Shown: in pieces, positions 1 to 11,759 of the stretch
Position numbering within the stretch: the first letter of the stretch is position 1
How the letters are laid out: each line of letters opens with the position of its first letter
Source of the DNA: Octopus bimaculoides
Lineage: Eukaryota
DNA: 33,026 nucleotides
Direction of reading: 5' to 3'
NCBI RefSeq assembly: GCF_001194135.2
Contig: NC_068992.1
Span: 8,045,179 to 8,078,204, forward strand
The notes under the pieces: generated by a model
What the model was told of the DNA's origin: nothing
Seen by the model: the letters and a program-made list of their open reading frames with translations, nothing else
Databases searched by the model: none
Made by a program: the position numbers and the translations under genes

Positions 1-34
<34 letters not shown>

Positions 35-340
35 ACGGGTGACTGTGTTAAGTAATAAGATACTAAAAGAGAATGACTCGCCCCAGACACAATAATATAT
101 GTGTGTGTGCGTATAAGTTTCTATTGATAAAGTTACAGAGTGACTCAAGGGCTGAGAGTTTCGTTTATTAGCAATCGTTGTCAGTTCTTAATTTTTTGTT
201 ATAAATCTGGTACTTATTCTATCGGTCTTTAAGCTATGATGACGTCAACAAACCAATATTGGTTGACAATCGGTGATAGTTGGAACAATGACATAGATAT
301 ATGCATAAACAACAACACACACACACACATACATTCAACT

Positions 341-492
341 GGCTTCCACAAAGTTTCTGTCAACCAGATTCACTCACAAGATGCTGGTTAACCCTGGGCT
401 ATAGTACGAGCTATTTGCTGAAGTTGCTGCGCAGTGAGATTGAACCTGGAACCAAATGGTCGGGAAGCAAACTTCCTACCACCCAACCATGA
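341..492 (-). mobile_element. tRNA-derived SINE, family B (CORE-like), degenerate
   Basis: Reverse complement (gtcatggttgggtggtaggaagtttgcttcc...ggttcaatctcactgcg...cttgtgagtgaatctggttgacagaaact...gaagcc) aligns with the copy at 11225-11390. Confidence 0.75.
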
Positions 493-554
493 CATATATA
501 TATATATATATATANNNNNNNNNNNNNNNNNNNNNNNNNNNNATATATATACAT

Positions 555-900
555 ACGGTGGTAGTTCTGGTAGTGGTGGCAGTAGAGGCGGTGGTGGCGG
601 TGGTAATGCAATGTCGTCAACAACAACAGTTACGACGACCGTGTCAACGGCAGCGATGACAGCAACAGTTACAATGAAGCCGACGATGACAAGGACAAAG
701 GAAAACACAGTAATAACAACAGCAACGGCCGTGATGACACCGACGACGATGACGACGACGACAGTTGTAGCAACAACAACAACAAAAGCGATGAGAACAA
801 CAACTACAAGAACAAAGGTAGCGCGGACAACAATGACGACGGGGCGACAAGCACTGAAATTCCCAAACCCACACAAAAGAAAACAAACAGGAATACGATA
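555..900. repeat. Degenerate trinucleotide low-complexity tract (GGT/AAC/GAC)
   Basis: Mixed GGT, ACA and ACG runs; these explain the T-, V- and G-rich ORFs in the track. Confidence 0.85.
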
Positions 901-2565
901 TCCACCCGCCTTCAGAACTCTGTCGTTTGTTTGCGAAAAGTCACTTTTACTGAAGGCGGGGTACAACTCAAACATGATTATCAACTTGTAACGAATAGCT
1001 GTTATTATATAACTTGACTTCATGCGAAAGCATGCGCGCGCACGCCTGTGTGTGTAATGATGTGTAGTCGTATTCTTCAATACGTTCCTACACATTAGGA
1101 TGCGACGCGAATGGTATTCACTGCCATATGTCTCGGTGCACGAATTTACGTACCCCTGTAAACTTTGTGTGTGAGGATACACCAAGCTCCAAGCAACGCC
1201 AGTGGACTGTCAGACAGGGTGTTACGGAGTGATTTCGCCTCCTTAATGGTTAAACACTGCCTTGGTCATTTGATGTTAGACACCAACTTCTGTTCCTATA
1301 TTGCAAGTAAATAAATAAGTAAGTAAAGAAGTAAATAAATAAAGAAGTTTGCTGATGAATGCTGAGACTTACCAAGATCTTTTACAGTATAATTTATTCA
1401 ATATAAGCATACGAAACATGGAGGATCAATCCATATATATATATATATGAATGATTATATGTATTTATTTTCTCTTAGTTAACAATTAACTCCGACAAAA
1501 TAAATTGGTTAATAGATACCAGGGTAGCAAAGATCACAAAATGACTGTGGTGTAACTTCTGTTTATGAGGTAGAAACTCCCTGTTAGTTTCGGGTATTTG
1601 AGTAAATATGAAATTTAATAAATGGAGTAATACGCATATGTTAAATGAATTCTTTTATTTCCGACATATGTTTCGAAGATTACAAATGGTTTTCTTCCAA
1701 AAGAATAAGTGATGTTGGTAAAAATGTAATCTTCTCTTCAGAGAAATACATAAGAGTCAACTTAACCGCAATACATTTTAACCGAATGTAAGTTAAGTTG
1801 GCTCTTANNNNNNNNNNNNNNNNNNNNNNNNNNNNNNNNNNNNNNNNNNNNNNNNNNNNNNNNNNNNNNNNNNNNNNNNNNNNNNNNNNNNNNNNNNNNN
1901 NNNNNNNNNNNNNNNNNNNNNNNNNNNNNNNNNNNNNNNNNNNNNNNNNNNNNNNNNNNNNNNNNNNNNNNNNNNNNNNNNNNNNNNNNNNNNNNNNNNN
2001 NNNNNNNNNNNNNNNNNNNNNNNNNNNNNNNNNNNNNNNNNNNNNNNNNNNNATATATATTCATATACATACATACGCATATATATTTATACACATACAG
2101 ATACATGCATAGACATATAAGTACATACATACATACGTACATACGTATGCACACACAGATACACAAAGACATATATTAGCAACAGATATGTGCATGCATG
2201 TATGCATGTATGTATGTATGTATGTATGTATGTATGTATGTATGTTTGTATATGTAATGATCTTAGACTTGATCCGTCTGTCCTTGTGGTTGATATGGTT
2301 TTTATCCTGTTGGTTTTACCCTAACGGCCCTCATTACAAGGCCATCCCCATAGAGACACCAGTTTAGTCGGTGACGATCTTATCATGCAATAAGTTGTTT
2401 TGCGTTACACGTGACTAGTAATGCACTCGACCAGACTAACACATCGTGCATATATGTTTGCGAGAATGTGAGTATTGTTTATATATGTACCTATGTATGT
2501 ATATGCACACACACACACACACACACACATACACAAACATACAAATACATATGCGTATATATGTG

Positions 2566-2609
<44 letters not shown>

Positions 2610-3583
2610 NNNNNNNNNNNNNNNNNNNNNNNNNNNNNNNNNNNNNNNNNNNNNNNNNNNNNNNNNNNNNNNNNNNNNNNNNNNNNNNNNNNNNNNNNNN
2701 NNNNNNNNNNNNNNNNNNNNNNNNNNNNNNNNNNNNNNNNNNNNNNNNNNNNNNNNNNNNNNNNNNNNNNNNNNNNNNNNNNNNNNNNNNNNNNNNNNNN
2801 NNNNNNNNNNNNNNNNNNNNNNNNNNNNNNNNNNNNNNNNNNNNNNNNNNNNNNNNNNNNNNNNNNNNNNNNNNNNNNNNNNNNNNNNNNNNNNNNNNNN
2901 NNNNNNNNNNNNNNNNNNNNNNNNNNNNNNNNNNNNNNNNNNNNNNNNNNNNNNNNNNNNNNNNNNNNNNNNNNNNNNNNNNNNNNNNNNNNNNNNNNNN
3001 NNNNNNNNNNNNNNNNNNNNNNNNNNNNNNNNNNNNNNNNNNNNNNNNNNNNNNNNNNNNNNNNNNNNNNNNNNNNNNNNNNNNNNNNNNNNNNNNNNNN
3101 NNNNNNNNNNNNNNNNNNNNNNNNNNNNNNNNNNNNNNNNNNNNNNNNNNNNNNNNNNNNNNNNNNNNNNNNNNNNNNNNNNNNNNNNNNNNNNNNNNNN
3201 NNNNNNNNNNNNNNNNNNNNNNNNNNNNNNNNNNNNNNNNNNNNNNNNNNNNNNNNNNNNNNNNNNNNNNNNNNNNNNNNNNNNNNNNNNNNNNNNNNNN
3301 NNNNNNNNNNNNNNNNNNNNNNNNNNNNNNNNNNNNNNNNNNNNNNNNNNNNNNNNNNNNNNNNNNNNNNNNNNNNNNNNNNNNNNNNNNNNNNNNNNNN
3401 NNNNNNNNNNNNNNNNNNNNNNNNNNNNNNNNNNNNNNNNNNNNNNNNNNNNNNNNNNNNNNNNNNNNNNNNNNNNNNNNNNNNNNNNNNNNNNNNNNNN
3501 NNNNNNNNGTTGCCCTACCAAATAAATTTTATGAAAAAAGGGATAAATGCAGCGAATATGGTGGTTGTGAACGGCTCTCGTAG

Positions 3584-3752
3584 AGGCGGCGAGCTAGCAG
3601 AATTGTTTTGCACGCTGGACGAAATGCTTAGTGGCATTTCACCTGTCGCTATGTTGAGTCCAGATTCCGCCGAAGCTGACTTTATCTTTCATCCTTTCCG
3701 TGGGGGGGGGGGTATAAATTAAGTACCAGTGAAACAATAGGGTCGAGGTAAT
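3584..3752 (+). mobile_element. tRNA-derived SINE, family A
   Basis: ggcggcgagctagcagaattg...gaaatgcttagtggcatttc...agattccgccgaagctgactttatctttcatcc...aagtaccag; matches several minus-strand copies (9758, 17847, 18068, 23902, 28329). Confidence 0.85.
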
Positions 3753-4093
3753 CACATCACCCCCGATATTTGGCCTCCTAATTCTCTAGATCTCAATCTC
3801 TTAGCCTACTATGTATGGAGCATTGTTGAGAAAATTGTCAATCAACACCCCCATAGTACCAAAGATTCTTTGAAGGCTGCCATAGTTCGAGTCATGTCCG
3901 ATATGAACGAGGACCACTTAATCCAAGCTTGTAAACGATGTTGACTCCTCGAAAAGTCAGTCATTGATGCTTATGATGGTTTTATTGAATGAAATTATTA
4001 AATTGATAATTTAAATTTATGTTATGTTATTTTTATAAAAATACAACTTCTTTCTGTTATCATATAAGCGTTTTTTTAAACCATAAATCTGTC
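3750..4093 (+). mobile_element. Tc1/mariner transposase C-terminal remnant, probably DD37D/maT
   Basis: 3750-3992 translates NHITPDIWPPNSLDLNLLAYYVWSIVEKIVNQHPHSTKDSLKAAIVRVMSDMNEDHLIQACKRC*LLEKSVIDAYDGFIE*, a decayed WPPNSPDLNPLDY motif with one internal stop, followed by an AT-rich 3' UTR up to the gap. Confidence 0.85.
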
Positions 4094-4773
4094 NNNNNNN
4101 NNNATATATACATACACTCATATATATGTATGTATATGTGTGTGTATACATGTATGGATATATATTTATGCAAATAAACATACATATATATTACATGCAC
4201 ATAAACACACGCACATATATATAATAGGAGAGAGAAGGAGATTGAGAGAGAAAGAGAGAGATTCTTATTTGCTCGAATTTTTCAGTTCTTCCTTTGTCAT
4301 ATGACTGTGAAGTGTTGACAAAAGTTCAACACAAAAGGGCCCCAGGAAAGACTCGACTGCGTAATAACGGGTCACATTTCCTTCACAAACCATCATCAGG
4401 TTCTTTTTGTTTTCAAAAGGAAAAATAAAACAAAACAAAATAAAGCAAATGCAGATGAAAACGAATTAAACAAAACGAAACGAAATTAGGTGCACTAGAA
4501 AGATAAACCAAAAAATACCTGTCCACTCATTTAGACTTGAGACACTCAACTGGTATTGCAGAGGCGTTGCCAGCAAGAAAAAGAAAACAAAGGAAGGTAG
4601 TATTAATAATTATTTCTTACAAGAGAAAACCCTAAATACTGTAAAGCCACTGGTCCCTAACCTTATTTGCATTATGGGCCAGTTTCATACAAGATAACTT
4701 TTCTGTGGATCGTGGTATCACGCGTATAACAAAACACAATAAAGAACATAACATGATATAATCATTACATATA

Positions 4774-5097
4774 TGTTGTTGGCACTCCGTCGCTTACGAT
4801 GTCGAGGGTTCCAGTTGATCCGATCAACGGAACAGCCTGCTCGTGAAATTAACGTGCAAGTGGCTGAGCACTCCACAGACACGTGTACCCTTAAACGTAG
4901 TTCTCGGGGATATTCAGCGTGACACAGTGTGACAAGGCTGGCCCTTTGAATTACAGGTAGAACAGAAACAGGAAGAAAGTTGTGGTGAAAGAATACAGCA
5001 GGGTTCACCACCATCCCCTGCCGGAGCTTCGTGGAGCTTTAGGTGTTTTCGCTCAATAAACACTCACAACGCCCGATCTGGGAATCGAAACCGCGAT
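4774..5097 (-). mobile_element. tRNA-derived SINE, family C, 5'-truncated
   Basis: Closely matches the reverse complement of the 19771 and 30870 copies from the B-box region to the ...gagtgccaacaaca tail; A box missing. Confidence 0.93.
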
Positions 5098-5827
5098 TGG
5101 TACATATGCACGTTTTCCAATAAAAATTGTTTGGAGTGATGAGGCTACATTTAAATTAAATGGCTGAATTGACCGTCACAATTGCACCCATTGGGGACGT
5201 TGGAATCCTCATATTACGGAGGAACATCATGTTAAATAATCAGGAGGTACAGTATAGTACTGCTCATCAAAAAGATTAAATGTGCCAATCTCTTTGTATG
5301 GTGCTGTGACTGGCTCTCATTTATTTGAACTTGCCGCGACAATTTGTCGTACCAAGCATTAAAGAGAACACTTAGAAGATGTGGAGTTATACTGTCAACA
5401 AGATGGGACTCCCACACTGCCATACTAAAGTAAGGGCCTACAAACATTAAATTTTGACAGACAGGTGGATTGGACGAAGTGTCTCACTCAGATACCCTCC
5501 GCATTCAACGGATCTCACGCCATTACACGTTTTTTACAGAGATATTTAAAAGATTAAGTTTACCTTACAAAACCGACGACATGAGTACTACTATTGAACA
5601 AGAATGCACACAAATACCAAACGAGATATTTCTTGATGTTTCTTGTTATAAGTTATAAGCAGCGTCTGGTGCAGAAAGGTCATCATTTCGAAAATAGTAG
5701 GTATCCATAGAAATATTCAATCCTGCACGTGAATTCTAAAAATATTGAGAATAAAATGTATGTTAATAAACATTATTTATTTTATAATCATTCAATTAGT
5801 TTATACATGTTTTGGTCACACCCTGTA
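5098..5827 (+). mobile_element. Tc1/mariner DD41D (rosa/Visitor-type) transposon remnant with 3' terminus
   Basis: IVWSDEATFKLNG*IDRHNC; then QQDGTP(P)HCHTKVRAY...RWIGRSVSLRYPPHSTDLTPL(H), with 41 residues between the second D and the third catalytic position after correcting one frameshift. Ends ...GGTCACACCCTG followed by TA. Confidence 0.85.
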
Positions 5828-5840
5828 TATATATGTTTGT

Positions 5841-5908
5841 GCGTGCGAGTGAGTGCGCGCGCGTGCGAGTGAGTGCGCGCGCGTGCGAGTGAGTGTGCGC
5901 GCGTGCGC
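5841..5908. repeat. 20-bp tandem repeat, about 3.4 copies
   Basis: gcgtgcgagtgagtgcgcgc at 5841, 5861 and 5881. Confidence 0.95.
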
Positions 5909-6082
5909 GAGGATGGGTTTGAATATGTACCAATGCTTGTGAGTGTCTGTACTATTTATGCATATACATGTATACACACACACACACACACAATCATCAT
6001 CATCATCATCAAATTGTACTTGTAGAGTAACGTGTGAAAATTTGTTAATATTTTCTTGTCAAGGCGGAAATGTAAGATTCTT

Positions 6083-6245
6083 GTTCTTTAACCCTAGGTC
6101 AGATCTGACCAGGCAGACCTGTTTTCAAAGGCATTACGACCGTGATCGTTCCATCATTATCTAATGTGTCCTTGCTGTCATTTAACACAAATTTAAGTGG
6201 TATCCAATTGAATTCTGGCTACTATTTCTAGCACGCCGAAACACC
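6083..6245 (+). mobile_element. Old unclassified interspersed repeat (family E)
   Basis: Shares tttaaccctaggtc...gcagacct, cattatctaatgtg and ctatttctagca blocks with inverted copies near 12378-12500, 23554-23660 and 28600-28840. Confidence 0.5.
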
Positions 6246-6567
6246 AAGTAGAAGTCTTCTGTAGTTTAGTGAGGTTGCGTGTTTCACCTCGTGTTTGCTT
6301 AGGTACAGGCGGATAGTATTTAGGGTGTGAACTGTTTAGTTATTCGTGGTCAGATGATAGATGGGAACTGAGAGTTAAAATACAAGCCATGGACACGATA
6401 CGGGGAAAGGGCGTCACCTTTGCTAGATAAGCGAGTGTGGTTGTTATATTTAGTTTTGTTTAAAATATATACATGTATATACATTCAAACATACAAACTT
6501 ACACACACAAATATTTATTCTTGTATATATACATATACATGCATATACATACATACATATATATATA

Positions 6568-6603
<36 letters not shown>

Positions 6604-7074
6604 NNNNNNNNNNATTTATTCTTGTATATATACATATACATGCATATACATACATACATATATATATATGTGGGTGTTTGTGTGTACTTGGCGCGATAGC
6701 TATTTGAGGATAACATTTTAATTTTAGGAAAGCAAGAATCAATGTTAATTCTCTAAATGAAGTATTAACAGTAACTGCACGATAAAGTGTAGTATATTGC
6801 CACTTAAGTGTGGCTGACCCCTAGGGGTGGATGTTACTGTTGCTTTTAGCCCCAGGAGGACATCTCCTCCAGCTGGCTTATCGACACACGACTGTGTCCT
6901 GTTTGCCAAGGGAGTTATCCCTCTCACCTCGACCAGCAGCACGAACGTATCCGGATTTCAGGGTTATTTCCCTTCGTCGGCGTTCGACAGCTGATGACCT
7001 TGGTGAGAGAGACAAAAACCTGGCAAGAATGTTTATTAGAAAAGCCAATTCTGTATATACTTAGAGAATTTGTT

Positions 7075-7349
7075 ACGCATATTCTTATATACACATAGTA
7101 AAAGACATCAACTTCGATTACTGTCTCGATAGGACTTCTGAAACGCATATTCTTATATATACATAGTAAAAGACACCAACTTCGATTGCTGTCTCGATAG
7201 GACTTCTGAAACGCATATTCTTATACACACATAGTAAAAGACACCAACTTCGATTGCTGTCTCGATAGGACTTCTGAAACGCATATTCTTATATACACAT
7301 AGTAAAAGACACCAACTTCGATTGCTGTCTCGATAGGACTTCTGAAACG
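7075..7349. repeat. 68-bp tandem array, 4 copies
   Basis: Unit acgcatattcttatatacacatagtaaaagacaccaacttcgattgctgtctcgataggacttctgaa starts at 7075, 7143, 7211 and 7279, with only a few substitutions. Confidence 0.97.
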
Positions 7350-7635
7350 ACTAAATGCGTTGATCAGGTGATCTTTATTCTTGTTGGTCATGATATCTCC
7401 AAACATCAACGAGTCCTTGACTTTGTGGGTATGCTTGTCGGTCTCCCTCTCAACGACGCTCCATACAGGGTAGTCTGGGGTGGGGGGGGTTAAAATCAGG
7501 AAAGGTAGGATTAACACGATCACAAAAATTTTCGACCATCAACCCGTGGGAGGGAGCAGTCTTGCTGGAACACATACGGCCTTCTCCCGAGCATCTCTTT
7601 CGATCCAGGATTTGACAACAGTCTCTAATAGCGGG
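7075..7635 (-). mobile_element. Second maT-like (DD37D) transposase remnant
   Basis: Minus strand with frameshifts: LLETVVKSWIER...GRRPYVFQQD/APSH...MVENFCDRVNP...DYPVWSVVERETDKHTHKVKDSL...MTNKNKDHLINAFSRFRSPIETAIEVGVF; collinear with the 3750 remnant. Confidence 0.85.
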
Positions 7636-7933
7636 TACAAGCGAGGAGGCTCTCATGGCTCAAGCCAGTCACAGACGATGGAAACTTAGTGGGCACAACA
7701 GTGTCCTTACAGCTGTCACAACTTGGACATCAAGGGTAGAGGTGGCCGAATACGTCCATGTCGGTAGTGACTAAGATACCGACATACTTACATACGCATC
7801 TAAATCAACGAAAGCATAATTGCAGCAGCTAAGGCAACAGGTAGTTTTGTCAGATGTAGTGACTTCTGTAAGCATGAATGGGGAATAGAAATGAATACCT
7901 CTCTGTAGTCAAGTCGGACAGTCACAAGAGTAA

Positions 7934-8133
7934 TGTAGTATTTTCTTACTTCAGACAACACAGGTTTATTGACAAGAGTTTATTTGGTACATCTGCACAC
8001 TCCTTTCCTTTCACTTGCTTGCTCGTCAGTGAGACAATATTTCTCCAGCGCTCACTGCTTTACCTCGTCTGGTCAATCGACCCTCCATGTTTGTTTTTGT
8101 TCGGTTTCCTTGTATGTCTCCACTGTCCTGACA
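7934..8133 (-). mobile_element. Possible solo LTR (~200 bp)
   Basis: TGT...ACA ends; the minus strand reads TGTCAGGAC...aataaa...aataaacctgtgttgtctgaagtaagaaaatactaCA. No clean TSD. Confidence 0.35.
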
Positions 8134-8141
8134 AATTATAA

Positions 8142-8954
8142 TCCCAACAATGGTTGAGAAGCTCGGGACTCAAAGCAGAGACTGAAAAGTTTTTAATTGC
8201 GGCACAAGATCAAAGCATCTTACCCAGAAAACACCAAAAACACACAATGAAGAAAAATACAATAGGTGACTGTGTCGATAGGGGAAGAAACAATAAATTA
8301 GATTGCTCCTGGGTGCCCAGTCCAGACTAAAAGGGAATATGTCCACAGACATGACACTGTTGGGCCCTATATACACTGGAAGCTATGCCAGCATTATGAA
8401 AAGACAACTGAAAAAAGATGGCATAGGCATATCCCAGAAAAGATCTCAGAAAACGATAAAGCAACTATACTCAGGGATATGCCAATACACACAAATAAAG
8501 AGATCAAAGCTAAGAGACCGGATATAGTTGTTTGAGACTATCAAGCAAAACATGCCTTCTAATCGACATATTAGTTCCAAGAGATGACACTGTAACTCTA
8601 AAAGAAACGGAGAATCTTTCCAAATAGAAAGATATGGAAAAAGAGAGAACCCGAACGCGGATTCTGAAAGCAGAAACAATCCCTGTAATAAGAGGCGCTT
8701 TTGGTATGATTGAAAAACATACGAACAAATACATAACCAATATACCAGGGCTTACGAATATATGTAACATACAAAAACTAGCACTACTAGGAATCGCACA
8801 CATCTTACGTAAAGCACTTTCAATACAATGAAAATAACAATACCAAAACAAACCACAGCATGTAACCAAGGCGCACAGGGCTGCGCTCGCTAGTGCAGTG
8901 ATAACACATGAAGAAAATAAGACTACTGAATAATAATAATAATAATAATAATAA
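8142..8954 (+). mobile_element. 5'-truncated R4/Dong-like non-LTR retrotransposon (REL endonuclease end) with (AAT)n tail
   Basis: With stops and frameshifts: SQQWLR...IAAQDQS...ETIN*IAPGCP...EYVHRHDTVGPYIHWKLC...RPDIVV...LIDI...NLSK*KD...PVIRGAFG...HILRKALSIQ* (stop at 8831). This shows QDQ, a degenerate CCHC knuckle, RHD and the PD..D REL core. Tail at 8929-8954. Confidence 0.9.
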
Positions 8955-9757
8955 CAATTTTATTGTAAAAAAGGATAAAGGTTAGAGGTATGCTGGTTTC
9001 AAATGGAAGAGTATCTTTCGTTAAACATAAATCTACTTTGATAAGCGAACGGTTTGCTCTGTACGTAGACTTACATTTGCTTTTATCTGCAACCAAAAAT
9101 GCTATTCACTCTGTTAATATACAATCCAGCGAATAGAAGTCACCTACTAAAAATTAATGAGCCTTGGGCATTGCCTGGTGGAATTTTTATGTGCAACGGC
9201 GTGACAGAAACAATCTGATTCCCATCGTTGAATGAGAGAAATTGGTTCGGTGATTCATTCAGGAGTATGCTCTACATATGGGAAGCATAATGACAAGTAA
9301 TTAGCGCTTCTAACGATGAAACCGCAACGAAAGTTTATAGAAAGTTTTATGGATCAGCAACGGGTGTTAGCGTTTCAAGGGATAGTGACTTGTCGACTAA
9401 ATGCGCATTGTAAAATATTTTTAAAGACAAAAAGAAAAAAAAAAAGAGTGATGTTAGCAGTAATTTTAATTACATATTGCATATATCTGCTGGGAAATGA
9501 CAGAGAAAAGATGCAAATGATTTTTTTATCTTAATGATATCCAAAGTGTCTGTGGTATACATTGAAACGCGCAGAGTGTGTGGATCACACACGACGACCA
9601 CTATATGTTCGTGCGTTTGCTGTAGTCGAATTCGGCTTCCCACAGGGTCAGCCAAACCCGCGCAACGCCATTGTGATTTTTATAAGCTTAAAAGATTTTA
9701 TGCGATGACTATTCTTTGTATGTAAATGCCGAAGCATAATTCCTTCTGTCATAATGG

Positions 9758-9939
9758 TTTCAAATTTTGGCACAAGACCAGTACTTTTGAGGGAGGCGGC
9801 AAGTCGATTACATCAGTCAGCTGGTACTTATTTTATCGACTTCGAAAAGATGAAAGGCGAATTCGACCAGGGCAGAATTTGAACTCAGGATGAAATGCCG
9901 CAAAGCGTTTTGCTAACGATTCTGCCAGCTCACCGCCTT
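9758..9939 (-). mobile_element. SINE family A
   Basis: Ends ctaacgattctgccagctcaccgcct; internal agaatttgaactc is the reverse complement of a B box. Confidence 0.85.
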
Positions 9940-10063
9940 AATTTCTTCTCTAATAATAACGCATATTATACATACATACATACATACATACATTATCTAT
10001 CTATCTATCTATATATATATACATATGTATGTCTATAGATAGATAGTTGTATGTATAAATATA

Positions 10064-10121
<58 letters not shown>

Positions 10122-10313
10122 AATATATATATGTGTGTATGTGTGAATGCACACATGCATATACACACATATATGCATACATGCATAAATACTCACACAC
10201 ATGCATATAATTAAGCAATATATTGACTTGATGGGTGTATTTTTGTAATTTCCGTTTGGGACTTATATTTATATTTATAGTTTACTTTCCTTTAATTATA
10301 TTATATTGAAGTA

Positions 10314-10345
<32 letters not shown>

Positions 10346-10368
10346 CCGCACTCTATGGTACTATAAAC

Positions 10369-10945
10369 CAGGGACTCCCTACCTTTTTTCCATCGTCGCC
10401 CACTACATGTTGAAAATTTTTCCTCCACTCATCAGTAAATCAAATATTCAAAAGCATACCAGAAATGTTTTGGTAAAAGTTTATTACTGGTTCGACCAGT
10501 AAAGCAATGTTGTATGTCGCAATCATCCCGTTGTCATGTTGCGCAGTCGTTTTCTGAAATTCCTTGATCAACGGTTTCTGCTTTTCAAATGAGGTATTAA
10601 GTTGTAAGAAATATGACAAAGGTTTTTCTTTCTGGTCAGAATGCTTAGAACATAAATGATACTGGAAGCGTGAAGGTTTCATGGCTTCGTTGCTTTAAGT
10701 TTGGTTACGTATGAGACACAGAGGTAAGTGACTGCTCTAAGGAGAACAGTTAAACCTATAAGAAATAATCAGTGCCGTACTGATGACAAATTTTCTTAAA
10801 TGGAGACATTGAGGTGTTTCAAAATCGTAAAATACGTAGAGAAAATAGTCGGAACAACAGATAATATTTTCGTTCAATTGAGGTGTTTCAAAATCGTAAA
10901 ATACGTAGAGAAAATAGTCGGAACAACAGATAATATTTTCGTTCA
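10369..10945 (-). mobile_element. hAT transposon remnant, Buster/Charlie (ZBED5-like) type
   Basis: Minus strand KKICHQYGTDYF.../PLCLIRNQT*SNEAMKPSRFQYHLCSKHSDQKEKPLSYF...DNGMIATYNIALL matches the BED-finger N-terminus of Buster transposases. TIR-like CAGGGACTCCCTACCTTTTTT at 10369 is preceded by the 8-mer ctaTAaac. Confidence 0.8.
10808..10945. repeat. Perfect 69-bp tandem duplication
   Basis: attgaggtgtttc...tattttcgttca at 10808-10876 and 10877-10945. Confidence 0.97.
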
Positions 10946-11224
10946 GCAAGTTATATTGTTACTCGAAGCCCGTTCTCAATAATCCACAAATACAAGAACG
11001 CAAGAGTGCTGCAATCACCTGGCGATCAAATACAATCCAACACCTTCAAGTGGTTGTTTGTTTATATGAGCATGCGCATTGCGCTACAAGCAGGTTCCAT
11101 CTTTGGATTCTCAAATTTGATCTGACATTTTCGTCCACGCCTCCTTATCTGCAGTCTGTCAGCAGAGTTCTTAGAGGTCATCGCCTGTGTCAATTTTATG
11201 TGTTACTCGATATATATATATATA

Positions 11225-11437
11225 GGTGCAGGAGTGGCTGTGTGGTAAGTAGCTTGCTTATCAACCACATGGTTCTGGGTTCAGTCCCACTGCGTGACAC
11301 CTTGGGCAAGTGTCTTCTACTATAGCCTCGGGCCGACCAAAGCCTTGTCAGTGGATTTGGTAGACGGAAACTGAAAGAAGCCCGTCGTATAGATGTATAT
11401 ATATGTATGTGTGTGTATATGTTTGTGTGTCTGTGTT

Positions 11438-11440
<3 letters not shown>
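11225..11440 (+). mobile_element. SINE family B (tRNA head plus CORE-like block)
   Basis: A box tggctgtgtgg, B box ggttcagtccc, ccttgggcaagtgtctt, then ggtagacggaaactgaaagaagccc and a TA/TG tract. Confidence 0.92.
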
Positions 11441-11481
<41 letters not shown>

Positions 11482-11759
11482 GAGAAAGGACACTTTAAGT
11501 TATAGAGCAGTAGAGTATATAAATAAAAATAGATACGACCGGTCTATGAGGGATATTCGCGGTTCACGTCCATAAAACGCTTAGCTTTACAGAGTTTCTT
11601 CAAATCTCGTCTGGTGCTTTCATGCAATCTTTGGGCTGTAATCACATGGACTACAGAATAAGAGAGAATAAGAGAAAAGGCGAGAAGGCAGATGTAAAAG
11701 GTGGGAGGGTGAAACCACCGGAAAGCGAAAAGAAAAGGAAAAAGGAAAAAGAAAAAAGG

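Noticed and set aside
388-1185. 265-aa V-rich and 185-aa T-rich mucin-like ORFs
   Set aside because: Built from a SINE, a gap and degenerate triplet repeats; open on both strands, as expected for low-complexity DNA.
1742-1787. 46-nt candidate exon (KYIRVNLTAIHFNR)
   Set aside because: Splice signals exist, but the flank (acatatgtttcgaag...cttctcttcag) resembles a Penelope-type repeat remnant; chance exons of this size are common.
2250-2440. Faint RTE-like peptide on the minus strand (KLVSLWD)
   Set aside because: Too short and degenerate to support.
1762-3722. Long ORFs of 90-415 aa
   Set aside because: They read through N-gaps and TA/CA microsatellites; the same applies to ORFs at 13350-13823, 20974-22095, 25471-26176 and 27063-27837.
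6511-6672. ~60-bp duplication around a 10-N gap
   Set aside because: Identical sequence on both sides of a gap is most likely unmerged contig overlap.
7075-7349. CRISPR-like array
   Set aside because: Units are contiguous with no unique spacers, derive from a transposase end, and the context is eukaryotic.
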